64,000 nucleotides of DNA from Candidatus Latescibacterota bacterium (lineage in GTDB: Bacteria; Latescibacterota; UBA2968): the NCBI GenBank assembly GCA_965198115.1, contig OZ240241.1, forward strand, positions 3,680,001-3,744,000, read 5' to 3'. The notes under the pieces are model-generated. The model did not search any database. It was given only the letters and a program-made list of their open reading frames with translations, and was not told where the DNA came from. Position numbers and translations under genes: made by a program. Positions 11,131 to 21,223 of this stretch are shown piece after piece. Numbering within the stretch: position 1 is the first letter of the stretch; the number at the start of each line of letters is the position of its first letter.

Positions 11131-11800
11131 CTTGTAGTCGAACCACGCGGTCGACGCGGGAGGCCAGTGTCGAATCGTGCGTCACGACGACGAACGTCTG
11201 CCGGCGTTCGCGGGCCAGCGCGATCATCGTGTCGTGAAGGGCCTCGCTCAGTCCCGCGTCGAGATTCCCCGAGGGCTCGTCCGCCAGCACGACGGTGGGG
11301 TCCGTCACGAGGGCGCGGGCGAATGCGACGCGCTGGCTCTCGCCGCCTGAGAGTTCCGACGGCAGGTGCTCCATCCGATCCGCCAGACCCACATCCTCTA
11401 GCAGCGTCTCCGCCTGAGACCTCGCTGTTTCGGGTGGAGCATCCCGAATCAGGAGGGGCATCATCACGTTTTCCAGCGCGGTGAAATCGGCGAGCAGGTG
11501 GTGGAACTGGAAAACGAACCCGATGTGGCGATTGCGAAATCGCGCCAGCGCCCTGTCGTCGAGCGACAGCAAGTCGACGGAGGCCATTTCGATCGCACCG
11601 GCGTCAGGACGATCGAGCCCCCCCAGCAAATGGAGCAGGGTACTCTTGCCCACCCCCGAGGGTCCCACGATGGCCACCATCTCCCCGGCCGCGACATCGA
11701 GATCGGCACCCAGAAGCACATCGATCGTGTTCTCGCCGACCTCGAACCGCTTGTGGAGCCCGCGCGCCGAGATCAGACACGTGGGCGCCACGGAGCTCAC
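11105..11800 (-). CDS. lolD: Lipoprotein-releasing ABC ATPase, LolD-like
   Basis: GPSGVGKST, FRNRHIGFVFQFHHLL, LSGGE, ADEPSGNLD. Confidence 0.8.
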   Translation of the reverse strand: MSSVAPTCLISARGLHKRFEVGENTIDVLLGADLDVAAGEMVAIVGPSGVGKSTLLHLLGGLDRPDAGAIEMASVDLLSLDDRALARFRNRHIGFVFQFHHLLADFTALENVMMPLLIRDAPPETARSQAETLLEDVGLADRMEHLPSELSGGESQRVAFARALVTDPTVVLADEPSGNLDAGLSEALHDTMIALARERRQTFVVVTHDSTLASRVDRVVRLQDGHIGRAE

Positions 11801-13341
11801 GTCTCCGCCGCGTGCGGGGAGTCCGCACCCTCTTCCGGACGCATGTGCGGAAACAGAATCACATCTCGAATGGATGCGGAGTCGGTCAACAACATAACGA
11901 GCCGATCGATGCCAATGCCAAGCCCGCCCGTTGGAGGCATACCATACTCCATGGCGCGCACGTAGTCCTCGTCCATCTCGTGCGCTTCAGCGTCCCCTTC
12001 TGCCCGCAGTGTCGCCTGTTGTTCGAATCGCTGTCGCTGATCGATCGGGTCGTTCAGCTCGGAGAAGGCGTTCCCGATCTCGCCGCCGCAGATGAATGGC
12101 TCAAAGCGCTCCGTCAGGTCTTCGCTCGAGCGATGCCGTTTGGCCAGCGGCGACATATCGACGGGGTAGTCCGTCACGAAAGTGGGCTGAACCAGCGTGG
12201 AAGCGACGGCGGCGTCGAAGATCTCGTCGATCATCTTGCCCCGGCCCGCGGTCGGATCGAGATCGACCTCCATCCGATCGCAGACGGCCCGCAGGTCGGC
12301 ATCGCTCGCCCGCGATACGTCGACGTCCGCGGAGGCCGCGATGCCCTCCAGCATCGAAAGTCGCCGCCACGGTGGACTCAGGTCGATCGTCTGACCCTGG
12401 TAGGTGATCGTAGACGACCCGGTGACCTCCTCCGCAACGGACGAGACCAACGCCTCCGTCACGACCATCATATCATCATAATCGGCGTAGGCCTGGTAGA
12501 GCTCCAGCATCGTGAACTCGGGACTGTGTGTTCGATCAATCCCTTCGTTCCTGAAGTCCTTGCAGATTTCGTAAACCCTGTCGAAGCCCCCTACGATGAG
12601 CCGCTTGAGATAGAGCTCGTCCGAAATCCGGAGATACAACGACATGTCGAGCGCGTTGAGGTGCGTGACGAAGGGCCGAGCGGCTGCCCCTCCGTAGAGC
12701 GGCTGAAGCGTGGGCGTTTCGACCTCCAGGAATCCACGGCCGTCCAAAAACCGTCGCAGGGCCGAAACGACGGCCGACCGGGTTCGGAAGACATCCTGAA
12801 CCCCGGGGTTCAACGCCAGATCCAGGTATCGACGGCGGTATCTGAGTTCCACATCGCTGAATGCGTCGTGGATCACGCGCTCGCCGTCGCGAACCTCCTC
12901 CTTGGGAACGGGCAGGGGCCGGATGGCTTTGCTCAGCAGTTCGAGCTTCCGCACCTCCACCGTCATCTCTCCGGTCCGCGTCTGGAACACCGGACCCCGA
13001 ACCCCGATGAAATCGCCAATATCCAGCAGTTTCCACAGCTCGAAGGCACCGTCTCCAACGATGTCGAGCTTGACGTAGATCTGGAATCGCCCGGCGCCGT
13101 CCCTCAGGTCGGCGAACGCCGCCTTTCCGTGTCCTCGCGTGACGACCAGCCTCCCGCACACGGCAACTTCGGCCTCTTTGGAAAGGAGGTCGTCGAACCC
13201 TTCCCGCAAAGCCTGCGTCGTGTGGGTTCGTTCAAACCGGTAGGGATACGGAGAAACACCGAGGGCTTTGATGCTTTCGAGCTTCTTGAGGCGCTGTTCG
13301 ATCAGCTGCGACTCCGGTGTCGCAGCGCTCTGCTGGCTCAC
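11797..13341 (-). CDS. lysS: Lysyl-tRNA synthetase (class II)
   Basis: RYRRRYLDL, GGAAARPF, ELYLKRLIVGG, YGMPPTGGLGIGIDRL. Confidence 0.97.
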   Translation of the reverse strand: MSQQSAATPESQLIEQRLKKLESIKALGVSPYPYRFERTHTTQALREGFDDLLSKEAEVAVCGRLVVTRGHGKAAFADLRDGAGRFQIYVKLDIVGDGAFELWKLLDIGDFIGVRGPVFQTRTGEMTVEVRKLELLSKAIRPLPVPKEEVRDGERVIHDAFSDVELRYRRRYLDLALNPGVQDVFRTRSAVVSALRRFLDGRGFLEVETPTLQPLYGGAAARPFVTHLNALDMSLYLRISDELYLKRLIVGGFDRVYEICKDFRNEGIDRTHSPEFTMLELYQAYADYDDMMVVTEALVSSVAEEVTGSSTITYQGQTIDLSPPWRRLSMLEGIAASADVDVSRASDADLRAVCDRMEVDLDPTAGRGKMIDEIFDAAVASTLVQPTFVTDYPVDMSPLAKRHRSSEDLTERFEPFICGGEIGNAFSELNDPIDQRQRFEQQATLRAEGDAEAHEMDEDYVRAMEYGMPPTGGLGIGIDRLVMLLTDSASIRDVILFPHMRPEEGADSPHAAET

Positions 13342-13438
13342 CCCACTCCTCCGCTAACGTGACGCGCATTCGAATCAGTCTCAAAAGTAGTAGGTATACC
13401 GAATGCGTGTTGGGGAAAAAAACCGTCCGATGTCGGCT

Positions 13439-14552
13439 TCAGCTGCTGAACTCGTGGAGGAAAGCCGTGATGAACGCATCGATGTCCCCGTCCATCACGC
13501 CCTGCACGTCGGAGGTCTCGACCCCTGTCCTGACGTCTTTGACCATCTGGTGGGGCTGGAACACGTAATTCCGGATCTGACTGCCCCACTCGATCTTCTT
13601 CTTCCCACTCTCGAGCGCCGCCCGCTTCTCCTCTTCCTTTTCCTTATAGTGCTGATACAGCCGGGCCTTGAGGATCTTCGTGGCCGAATTCTTGTTCTTG
13701 TGCTGGCTGCGCTCGTTCTGGCACTGAACGACGATCCCCGTCGGTAGGTGCGTCATTCTCACGGCCGAGTCGGTCTTGTTCACGTGCTGACCGCCGGCAC
13801 CGCCAGCCCGATACGTGTCGATCCGGACGTCTTCGGGTTTGATTTCGACCTCGATGTCGCCGGCCGCTTCGGGGTAGACGAATACGGAGGCAAACGAGGT
13901 ATGACGCCGCTTGTTGGAGTCGAACGGGGAGATGCGGACCAGGCGATGGACGCCGATCTCTGCCTTCAGGTACCCGAAAGCATACTCCCCCGTCACTTCG
14001 ATCGTCGCGCTCTTGAGTCCCGCCGTTTCGCCGGGTTGAAGATCCAGGACGTCGGCCTTCAAGTCGTGACGCTCAGCCCAGCGCACATACATGCGCATGA
14101 GCATCTGGGCCCAATCCTGCGCCTCCGTCCCACCGGCACCCGGGTGGATCGACAGGATGGCGTTGAGCCGGTCCTCGCGATCACCCAACATGTGTCGTAA
14201 CTCGAGGTCGGCCAGCTTGCGCTCCGACTCCGAGAGTTCCTGGTCGATTTCTGCGAGTGTCTCTTCGTCGTCCTCCTCGGCAGCGAGTTGGTAGAGCTCT
14301 TCGACGTCGGTCATGGCCTCCTCGATCGTCGTCCAGCCATCAACCCACGCCTTGTGTCCGTTCACTTCCTCGATCGTCTCTCTCGCCTTTTCCTGGTCGT
14401 CCCAGAAAGAGGACGCCTCCATCAGCCGCTCAAGCTCGGCGATACGCGATCGTCGCGAGTCTAATTCAAAGATACCTCCCGAGATGGTCTACTCTCTCTC
14501 GGCAGGATTGGATACGGGACTGAACATCGACAGATTGGATTTCGGGAGCCAT
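13439..14552 (-). CDS. prfB: Peptide chain release factor 2 with programmed +1 frameshift
   Basis: SPF and GGQ motifs. ATG at 14552 reads 28 codons to GGGAGG-TAT-CTT-TGA-A; the +1 frame (ELDSRRSRIAELERLMEA...) joins ORF 13439-14422. Confidence 0.95.
14465..14480 (-). promoter_or_regulatory. prfB +1 ribosomal frameshift site (internal SD plus CTT TGA A)
   Basis: Minus strand reads GGGAGGTATCTTTGAA. Confidence 0.9.
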
Positions 14553-14556
14553 ACCG

Positions 14557-15210
14557 TTACCTCAAATCGACGACCTCGACGCCCTCGGGCGCCTCAAACC
14601 TGAACGTCTCGTCCTTCGTTCGTTTATTCTCCTTCAGATCACTCAACAGATACGTCGTTTCATCGGCGTTGATGTTCCGATACTCGACCTTGCGGACCAA
14701 CCAGGCCTTCCGGTCGACCCACAGCCGAACACGGTTCACATACGCGTCCTTCTCCTTTGGCGTCAACGTCAGCAGGTGGCATCGTTTGCCCTGCACACGT
14801 TCCTCCCCTTCCAACTCCGAGGTGAACCGAGCATCGTATCCCCCGAGCAGGATCAGGTCGAACAGCAGCTTTTCGTAACTCTGATCCTGATCCACGACGG
14901 AGTAGTCGCTCAGCAGAACCTGCGCGCTAGACGGGTCGTAGCTCCAGGCTGTTTTACCGTCTGTCACGATGGTCTGCACATTCGACTCGAGCAGAAACCG
15001 ATTCGGCTTCTCGACGACCAGACGCCCCTTCACTTCCTGGGTCTGATCGACGAGCTTCCAATAGTGGCGCTTTTGAAAGTCCGCCTGGAGCGTCTTCAGC
15101 TTCCCAAACCTCTGCTGGAGCCGCTCGATGATGCCCGCACCATCCACAGCGAGCGTCCGAGCACTGGGCATAAGGAACAGAAACACAGCAATGGGAGCAA
15201 CTTTTCTCAC
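14557..15210 (-). CDS. lolA: Outer-membrane lipoprotein carrier LolA
   Basis: Signal peptide, LQADFQK, KPNRF, IVTDGKTAWSYDP, FRFEAPEGVEVVD; downstream of ftsK. Confidence 0.88.
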   Translation of the reverse strand: MRKVAPIAVFLFLMPSARTLAVDGAGIIERLQQRFGKLKTLQADFQKRHYWKLVDQTQEVKGRLVVEKPNRFLLESNVQTIVTDGKTAWSYDPSSAQVLLSDYSVVDQDQSYEKLLFDLILLGGYDARFTSELEGEERVQGKRCHLLTLTPKEKDAYVNRVRLWVDRKAWLVRKVEYRNINADETTYLLSDLKENKRTKDETFRFEAPEGVEVVDLR

Positions 15211-17633
15211 GTTTCCTGAGCTTCCGATTCGAGAAGGGCCTCCAGGTAGTCCTCTCCGACCAAAACAGGTCGCGCTTTGCTCGACCCGTCCGAAGCGCCG
15301 ACGATGCCGGCTCTCTCGAGTTCGTCGACCAGCCGGGCTGCCCGTGCGTAGCCCACCTTCATCCTGCGTTGCAGGAGCGAGGCCGAACCCTGTTGGTGCA
15401 CGACCACCAGCTTCAGGGCCTCGTCGAACCGCTCGTCCCGTGAGTCTTCCTCGAAGTCGAAATCGTTCATCCCCTTGCCGAAATCGACCGTGTCCAGACA
15501 GACCGATTGGGAGGCCGCGAAATCGACGATTCGCTCCGTCTCCTCTGTCTCAATATACGCCCCTTGGGCCCTGATCGGTTCCGGCTTTCCCGATGGAAGG
15601 AACAGCATATCGCCGTTTCCGAGTAGCTTTTCGGCCCCGTTGCGATCCAGAATCGTTCGAGAATCGACTTTAGAGGCCACGCGGAACGCTATGCGGGACG
15701 GGAAGTTAGCTTTTATAGTTCCCGTAATGACGTTGACCGATGGTCGTTGCGTCGCGATGATCAGGTGGATCCCGACGGCACGGGCCATCTGCGCCAGCCT
15801 CGCCAGCGAGTTCTCGATGTCAGCGGGCGCAGTCATCATCAGGTCTGCCAGCTCATCGATCACCACGACCAGGTAGGGGAGTTTCTCGGGCAGGTCTTCC
15901 CGGTCTTCGTCGGTCGTCGCCTCATTTCGCAGCCGATTCAGCTTTTTGTTGTAGTCGGCGATGTTTCGGACACTCAACTGAGACATGGTTCGGTAGCGGT
16001 TTTCCATTTCCACGACGGCCCATTTGAGCGCATCTGCCGCGATCTTGGGATCGGTCACGACCGGTGAGAAAAGGTGTGGAATGCCCTCGTAGACCGAGAG
16101 CTCGAGCATCTTCGGATCCACCATGATGAACCGAACCTCGTCGGGGGAGTTCCGAAACAGGATGCTCGCGATCAACGAATTGATACAGAAGGACTTACCG
16201 CTACCCGTTGCGCCAGCGATCAAGAGGTGGGGCATCTTGGAAAGGTCCGCGGAAATGGGCTCCCCCGTTACCGTTTTCCCCAACCCCACCATCAGGTTCA
16301 CTTTCGACCTCTGGAATGACGGCGCGTCGAGCACCTCCCTTAAGTAAACATAACGAGGGACGGGGTTGGGCACTTCGATCCCTACGGCAGCCTTGCCCGG
16401 AATCGGTGCAAGGATGCGAATCGTTCGCGCCTTCATCACCATGGCCAGATCGTCCGCCAGATTGACGATTCGAGAGACCTTGACTCCCGATGGGGGCTGG
16501 ACCTCGAACGACGTGATGACAGGCCCCGGATTCACCTGAACGACACGTCCGTCGACGCCGAAACTGCTCAGACTCTCCTCCAGGATCTGGGCGCCTTCGA
16601 GCAAGTAATCCTTCTCCACCTCCACAGTATCCTGCGGAGGATCGGAAAGGAGATCGAGATTGGGGAGCTCGTAGTCCAGCTCATCGCTCCCTCTCGGCTT
16701 CCGCTCCAGAACAGTCCGGGACGAGGATCGGGTCGTCTCCCGCGTCCTGACGATCTTGGGATTGACGATGGAACCCGTCAAAACGGGCACTCCGGGTCCT
16801 TCGATCCTTTCAGTCGGGAGATCGGGCGGCTCGGGTTGAAAAGGATCGTCGTCCTCCGTTTCGGGACCCTCGTCGAACCCATCCTGGCAGTCTTCGTCCA
16901 CGGGCAACGAGGCGACGGTAGCTTCTTCGGCCAGAACCCGTGCGCGCTCTTTCTCGATTTTGCGCTCCACACGTCTCTCCGACCAGGTCTGCCAAAAGTC
17001 TCGTAGCCTGCGCACCGCCCAGGGCCCGCTCCGCAGAACCGCCCGGTTCCCACGAACGAGATTTCTGCCCGCAACCCTCGCGCCCGACATCAGCAGATCG
17101 GGAAACCGGTGGACGGGAACATTCGTCGCGACCATAACCAAGATGAGCCCGCCGGCCCCGATCAGAATGAAGGCACCCACCTGACCCAGATAAGGCACGA
17201 GCAACGTCGAGGACAGCGTAACACCCATCCACCCACCCATCAAGAACGCCTGGTGCGTGCGCCCGCCAGAGGGAACACCAGAACCCGCACAGAACAGAAC
17301 CATGACAACGATCAGGCTGATCGAACGCCAGAGTGCCGTCATACGATCCCGTTTGTTGAAAAGCGTCCAACCCCACATGAAGACGAGGGCATTCACGACG
17401 ATTGACCCGTATCCCGCGATGAAAAGGAGACGATAGGAGAGATGTGCGCCGACCCAGCCGGCCAGGTTCTCGGCCATTTCGGGTGGACGGCTCGAATTCG
17501 GAGGATCTTCAGGAGAGTGCGAAGCGAGGCTGACGAGCACGAGAAGCCCGACGGCCAGAAGGAGGACACCCAGAATCTGGAGCGGCAGATCGCCGCCCAA
17601 AGGGCCCCTGGAATCCTTCGACGATCTGTTCAT
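15207..17633 (-). CDS. ftsK: DNA translocase FtsK
   Basis: N-terminal 4TM region, PHLLIAGATGSGKS, IDELADLMM, QRPSVNVITG, and a gamma domain. Confidence 0.95.
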   Translation of the reverse strand: MNRSSKDSRGPLGGDLPLQILGVLLLAVGLLVLVSLASHSPEDPPNSSRPPEMAENLAGWVGAHLSYRLLFIAGYGSIVVNALVFMWGWTLFNKRDRMTALWRSISLIVVMVLFCAGSGVPSGGRTHQAFLMGGWMGVTLSSTLLVPYLGQVGAFILIGAGGLILVMVATNVPVHRFPDLLMSGARVAGRNLVRGNRAVLRSGPWAVRRLRDFWQTWSERRVERKIEKERARVLAEEATVASLPVDEDCQDGFDEGPETEDDDPFQPEPPDLPTERIEGPGVPVLTGSIVNPKIVRTRETTRSSSRTVLERKPRGSDELDYELPNLDLLSDPPQDTVEVEKDYLLEGAQILEESLSSFGVDGRVVQVNPGPVITSFEVQPPSGVKVSRIVNLADDLAMVMKARTIRILAPIPGKAAVGIEVPNPVPRYVYLREVLDAPSFQRSKVNLMVGLGKTVTGEPISADLSKMPHLLIAGATGSGKSFCINSLIASILFRNSPDEVRFIMVDPKMLELSVYEGIPHLFSPVVTDPKIAADALKWAVVEMENRYRTMSQLSVRNIADYNKKLNRLRNEATTDEDREDLPEKLPYLVVVIDELADLMMTAPADIENSLARLAQMARAVGIHLIIATQRPSVNVITGTIKANFPSRIAFRVASKVDSRTILDRNGAEKLLGNGDMLFLPSGKPEPIRAQGAYIETEETERIVDFAASQSVCLDTVDFGKGMNDFDFEEDSRDERFDEALKLVVVHQQGSASLLQRRMKVGYARAARLVDELERAGIVGASDGSSKARPVLVGEDYLEALLESEAQET

Positions 17634-17738
17634 TGGGACCTGCCGAATCTATCGAAGGGGAGATTTGGTGTGTGAACGCCGGGGAAAGCGCCACAACAGA
17701 GAAACATAGGCAATCGGCCAACGGGGGTGAAGCGCATT

Positions 17739-19037
17739 CTACGGGCCGAACTGTAGTCCCCTGCCGTAAATCACGGTGTTTCGTGCACGCAGAATCCGTC
17801 CGTTTTCGGCGACGGCCTCGACATCGATAACGAAGGGACCTGGCTTTACACGCACCCCTCGATCGTCCCGCCCATCCCACACGGTCACGAACCGTGAACC
17901 CACCTGTTCGCCGCTCGCTAGCGTCCTTCTCAGTCGTCCCAGGCGGTCGAAGACCCTGAGCATCAATCGTGCGTGTCGCGAATCGACTGTCACCGTGATC
18001 TCGGTCGTGTCGGCGAACGGGCTGGGTGTTGCATCGATCCGCAGTTGGGCCGTCGCGTCGTAGGCCACACTGTTGGGTTGCCCCGGGGTGGAACCGCCCG
18101 ATGCCGTCGACACCAGCCAGTTGTCTGGCCCGCCCTCGACGGAGACATCGATCCTTTCTATAGATCGCCCAGGCCGTGAAGAATCGTAGGTAACGTCGTC
18201 GACCTCGGAATCGGTCGCATCGAGAAGCGTCAGCGTGTCTCCGCCGTCGTTCAAAGCCGGCCAGGGCGATACGACGGACGTCGGAGATCCAGCAAGTGGG
18301 ACCCTCGCTAGGATGCGTCGGCCCCCGGGGGCTACCGGCTCGGCGGGCTGGACACGCCCCACTCTCCCGGATCGATCTCGCAGCCCCCATCCGGCAAGAT
18401 CGACCTCAAAGGACGCACGGTTCTGGACCTCAACCCACTCCGTGCCCTCCGTTGGGGCCACCATCAACTCCGTCACGACAACAGAACCCGAGGGCACTCC
18501 GAAGACGATCTCGACTGTGGCCCGGTCATTCGTCGGATCCTCGTCCCCCGGTGCAACGACCTCAGCCACATACGTCTCTCGGACGCCCGGCGACGACTCA
18601 ATCGTCACCTCCACCCAGACGGACGCGCCTGCCTCGACCGAAAAAATGCTGTCACCGGCGGCCGAATCTGCACCAACCAGATGAACGTGGGCCCGGGCGA
18701 CCATCGTGCCGTGATTTACGACCCTCAACGATACGACGGACCGCCCGCCGAAAGGGAGTTCGAAGGAAGCCGGCTCGATGGCCACATCTCGAGTCTTTGG
18801 CGAAACGCTGTTCGTGCGACCTGGAGTACCGCCTTCCCACCGTCCATCCTCCCATTCCGAGTCATCCGAAACGCGTTCCTCACTCACCCCCTCCCGATTC
18901 CCGATCGTGTAGGTGTGCGAGTCGACCGTATCGCCCTGCGCATCCACGAGTAGCACCGTCTCGCCCTGAAGGTTGCTGAACCCGCTGAGACCGAAGGTAG
19001 GATCTCCGAGGACGAAAACCACGGCGTCGGGCGGTAA
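17739..19037 (-). pseudogene. Lamin-tail-domain secreted protein with C-terminal FlgD-Ig-like domain, 5'-truncated by an IS
   Basis: LTD motifs (VVTELM...EWVEVQN...DLAGWGL...LNDGGD...TPGQPNS) and WDGRDDRG at the C terminus. The frame runs into the IS end at 19038 and there is no signal peptide. Confidence 0.7.
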
Positions 19038-20332
19038 GGGTTTGCCACGAAATAAGTGCTGCACTTTTCAAGGTAATGATCTTACGCTCGGAGTGTGGAC
19101 GTCGAAACTCTCCGAACGAAGTATGAAGCCTTGGCTCCGGTGCTGACGGAACGCACGCGTCGTCTGTGGGCCGCCACGGAAGCCGAAGCGTTGGGTCACG
19201 GTGGGATCGCGATTGTGGCTCTGGCGACAGGAATGTCCAGAGAGCGGATCTTTCGTGGCATTCAGGAGTTGAGGTCGGACGAACCTTTGGACCCGGCTCG
19301 CATCCGGCGTCCAGGCGGCGGTCGTAAGCGGAAGGCCGACACGGACCCGACGCTGTGGCAGGACCTGAATGATCTGGTCGAGCCAACGACTGCGGGGTCG
19401 CCTGACGACAATCCTCTGAGATGGACATCGAAGAGCACTCGCAAACTGGCCGCCGAGTTGCAAGCGATGGGGCATTCGGTGAGCCCCAGGATCGTTGCCA
19501 ATCTCCTGCACGAACACGATTACACGCTGCAGGCGAATCGGAAGACAAGGGAGGGATCTGCACACCCGGATCGGGACGCTCAGTTCGTTTACCTCGATGA
19601 TCGGATTAGCCAGCAGCAGCAGCAGGGCCTTCCCGTTATCTCGGTGGACACCAAGAAGAAAGAGTTGATCGGCGACTTCAAGAATCCTGGCCGAGAATGG
19701 CGACCCAAGGGAGACCCGGAGCGTGTGAAGGTACACGATTTCATAGTGCCTGCTCAGGGCAAGGCGATCCCTTATGGAGTGTATGATCTGAGCCGTGATG
19801 AAGGCTGGGTAAGTGTCGGTATCGATCACGACACGGCCAGCTTCGCCGTGAATGCGATCCGAAGTTGGTGGAAGAACATGGGACGGCCCGCCTACGGCAC
19901 TTCGACGCATCTGCTAATCACGGCGGACGCAGGCGGCAGCAACGGCGCCAAGACGCGGCTGTGGAAGTGGGAGCTGCAGCGCTTTGCGAATCGCACTGGC
20001 CTGACGATCACCGTATGCCACTACCCTCCTGGCACTAGTAAGTGGAACAAGATCGAACATCGCCTGTTCTCCTTCATCGCTATGAACTGGGCGAGGCAAG
20101 CCCCTGGTCAGCCTGGCTGCAACCGTGAATCTCATTGCCGGAACGACCACTCAAGCCGGTCTCCGAGTACGCTCCGAGATCGACAAGCGACCCTACCCTA
20201 ACGGGGTCAAGGTGACCGATGAACAGATGACCCAAATCGATCTCACTCCGCACGATTTCCACGGCGACTGGAACTACACGATCCGGCCAATGGCTCAACA
20301 TTGAGATCGACCGTTTATTTATTCGCGAACCC
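19038..20332 (+). mobile_element. ISAzo13-family insertion sequence
   Basis: Imperfect inverted repeats (GGGTTtGCcAcgAAATAA / GGGTTcGCgAatAAATAA), with TAA on both flanks. Confidence 0.85.
19095..20304 (+). pseudogene. ISAzo13 transposase, frameshifted near 20090
   Basis: ISVDTKKKELIG, HYPPGTSKWNKIEHRLF. The conserved C terminus (RGKPLVS...FHGDWNYTIRP) lies in another frame after an extra G. Confidence 0.85.
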
Positions 20333-20370
20333 TAAGTACTTACCGCCGTACTTCTCGATACTTCTATGGT

Positions 20371-20442
20371 CGTTCCGGGCACCCGCGAACTTGCCGTGGG
20401 TCGAGGGGCGTCAGCCTCGAGCCGCGGGTGCTGCTGTTAGGC
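20371..20442 (-). repeat. attC-like site, R' end degenerate or truncated
   Basis: Minus strand GCCTAAC-agcagcacccgcg...cgcgggtgcccggaac with no final GTT; follows the VOC gene. Confidence 0.55.
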
Positions 20443-20529
20443 GGTGTTGTTTTGACTCTCTCAGCGACCACCGGAGCGTCCACTCCGGGAATGTAGCATC
20501 GAGGCACGGACCGGATCTGTGTCCTGAGA

Positions 20530-20946
20530 TCATCCACGATTCGCCTCGGTCGGGCTCGTGAAGTTGAGGTGGTTACCGAATGGGTCCAGGAGATGCAACT
20601 CCGTCTTCCCCCACGGCTGGTCGACCAGCTCTGTCCCGTGGTGTGTCCCCCCTGCCGCTTCGAGCGCGTCCGGATTCCTGCACTTCAGGTCGTCGTAGAA
20701 CACATACACATCTTCCACATCCAACCCGATTCCGATGCCTTCTGGTACCTCCTTGTGCTCGGTCAGATGCAGAGCCAGCTCTCCATCTGCGATGCCGGGA
20801 CTCTCCCCTCTAGAAACCCCCATAAGCACCGGGAATCCCTCTTCGTGGCGCCACTCGAAATCGATCTTGAATCCGAGGAAATCAACGTAGTAGCGGACCG
20901 CTTCTTCGTAGCTTTTGATGTACAAGCAGGGATATGCACGTGACAT
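20530..20946 (-). CDS. VOC/glyoxalase-bleomycin resistance family protein (cassette)
   Basis: YYVDFLGFKIDFEWR, LHLTEH, DQPWG...DPFGNHL. Confidence 0.85.
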   Translation of the reverse strand: MSRAYPCLYIKSYEEAVRYYVDFLGFKIDFEWRHEEGFPVLMGVSRGESPGIADGELALHLTEHKEVPEGIGIGLDVEDVYVFYDDLKCRNPDALEAAGGTHHGTELVDQPWGKTELHLLDPFGNHLNFTSPTEANRG

Positions 20947-21049
20947 ACCAATCTCCGATCAGATTTCTTGAAGCTGTGCTGTCCGCGATTTCCCGGTCTT
21001 TTTACACCCACCCTAAAGACCTTAGCTAATACAGTAGCCAGCCAATGCC

Positions 21050-21130
21050 GCCTAACGGACAAGGCTGCCCGACGGCGCGAAGCGCTGTTTTGGCGGTGGG
21101 TATGGTGGGGGCGGGCAGCCGCAGTTAGCC
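21050..21130 (-). repeat. attC-like recombination site
   Basis: Minus strand GGCTAAC-tgcggctgccc...gggcagccttgtcc-GTTAGGC, an imperfect 81-bp palindrome. Confidence 0.8.
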
Positions 21131-21223
21131 GCTGTTGCAGTCCCGGTCCCTCACGCGACCCTTCAAGGATGGAAGGGCGTCGCGTAGAGCTATCAGGAAT
21201 CGGTTCCCCTAACTGTCGACCTA

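Noticed and set aside
8390-13362. Long plus-strand ORFs (8390-9526, 11812-13362) and similar antisense ORFs elsewhere
   Set aside because: Shadow frames opposite clearly conserved genes in GC-rich DNA, with no motifs.
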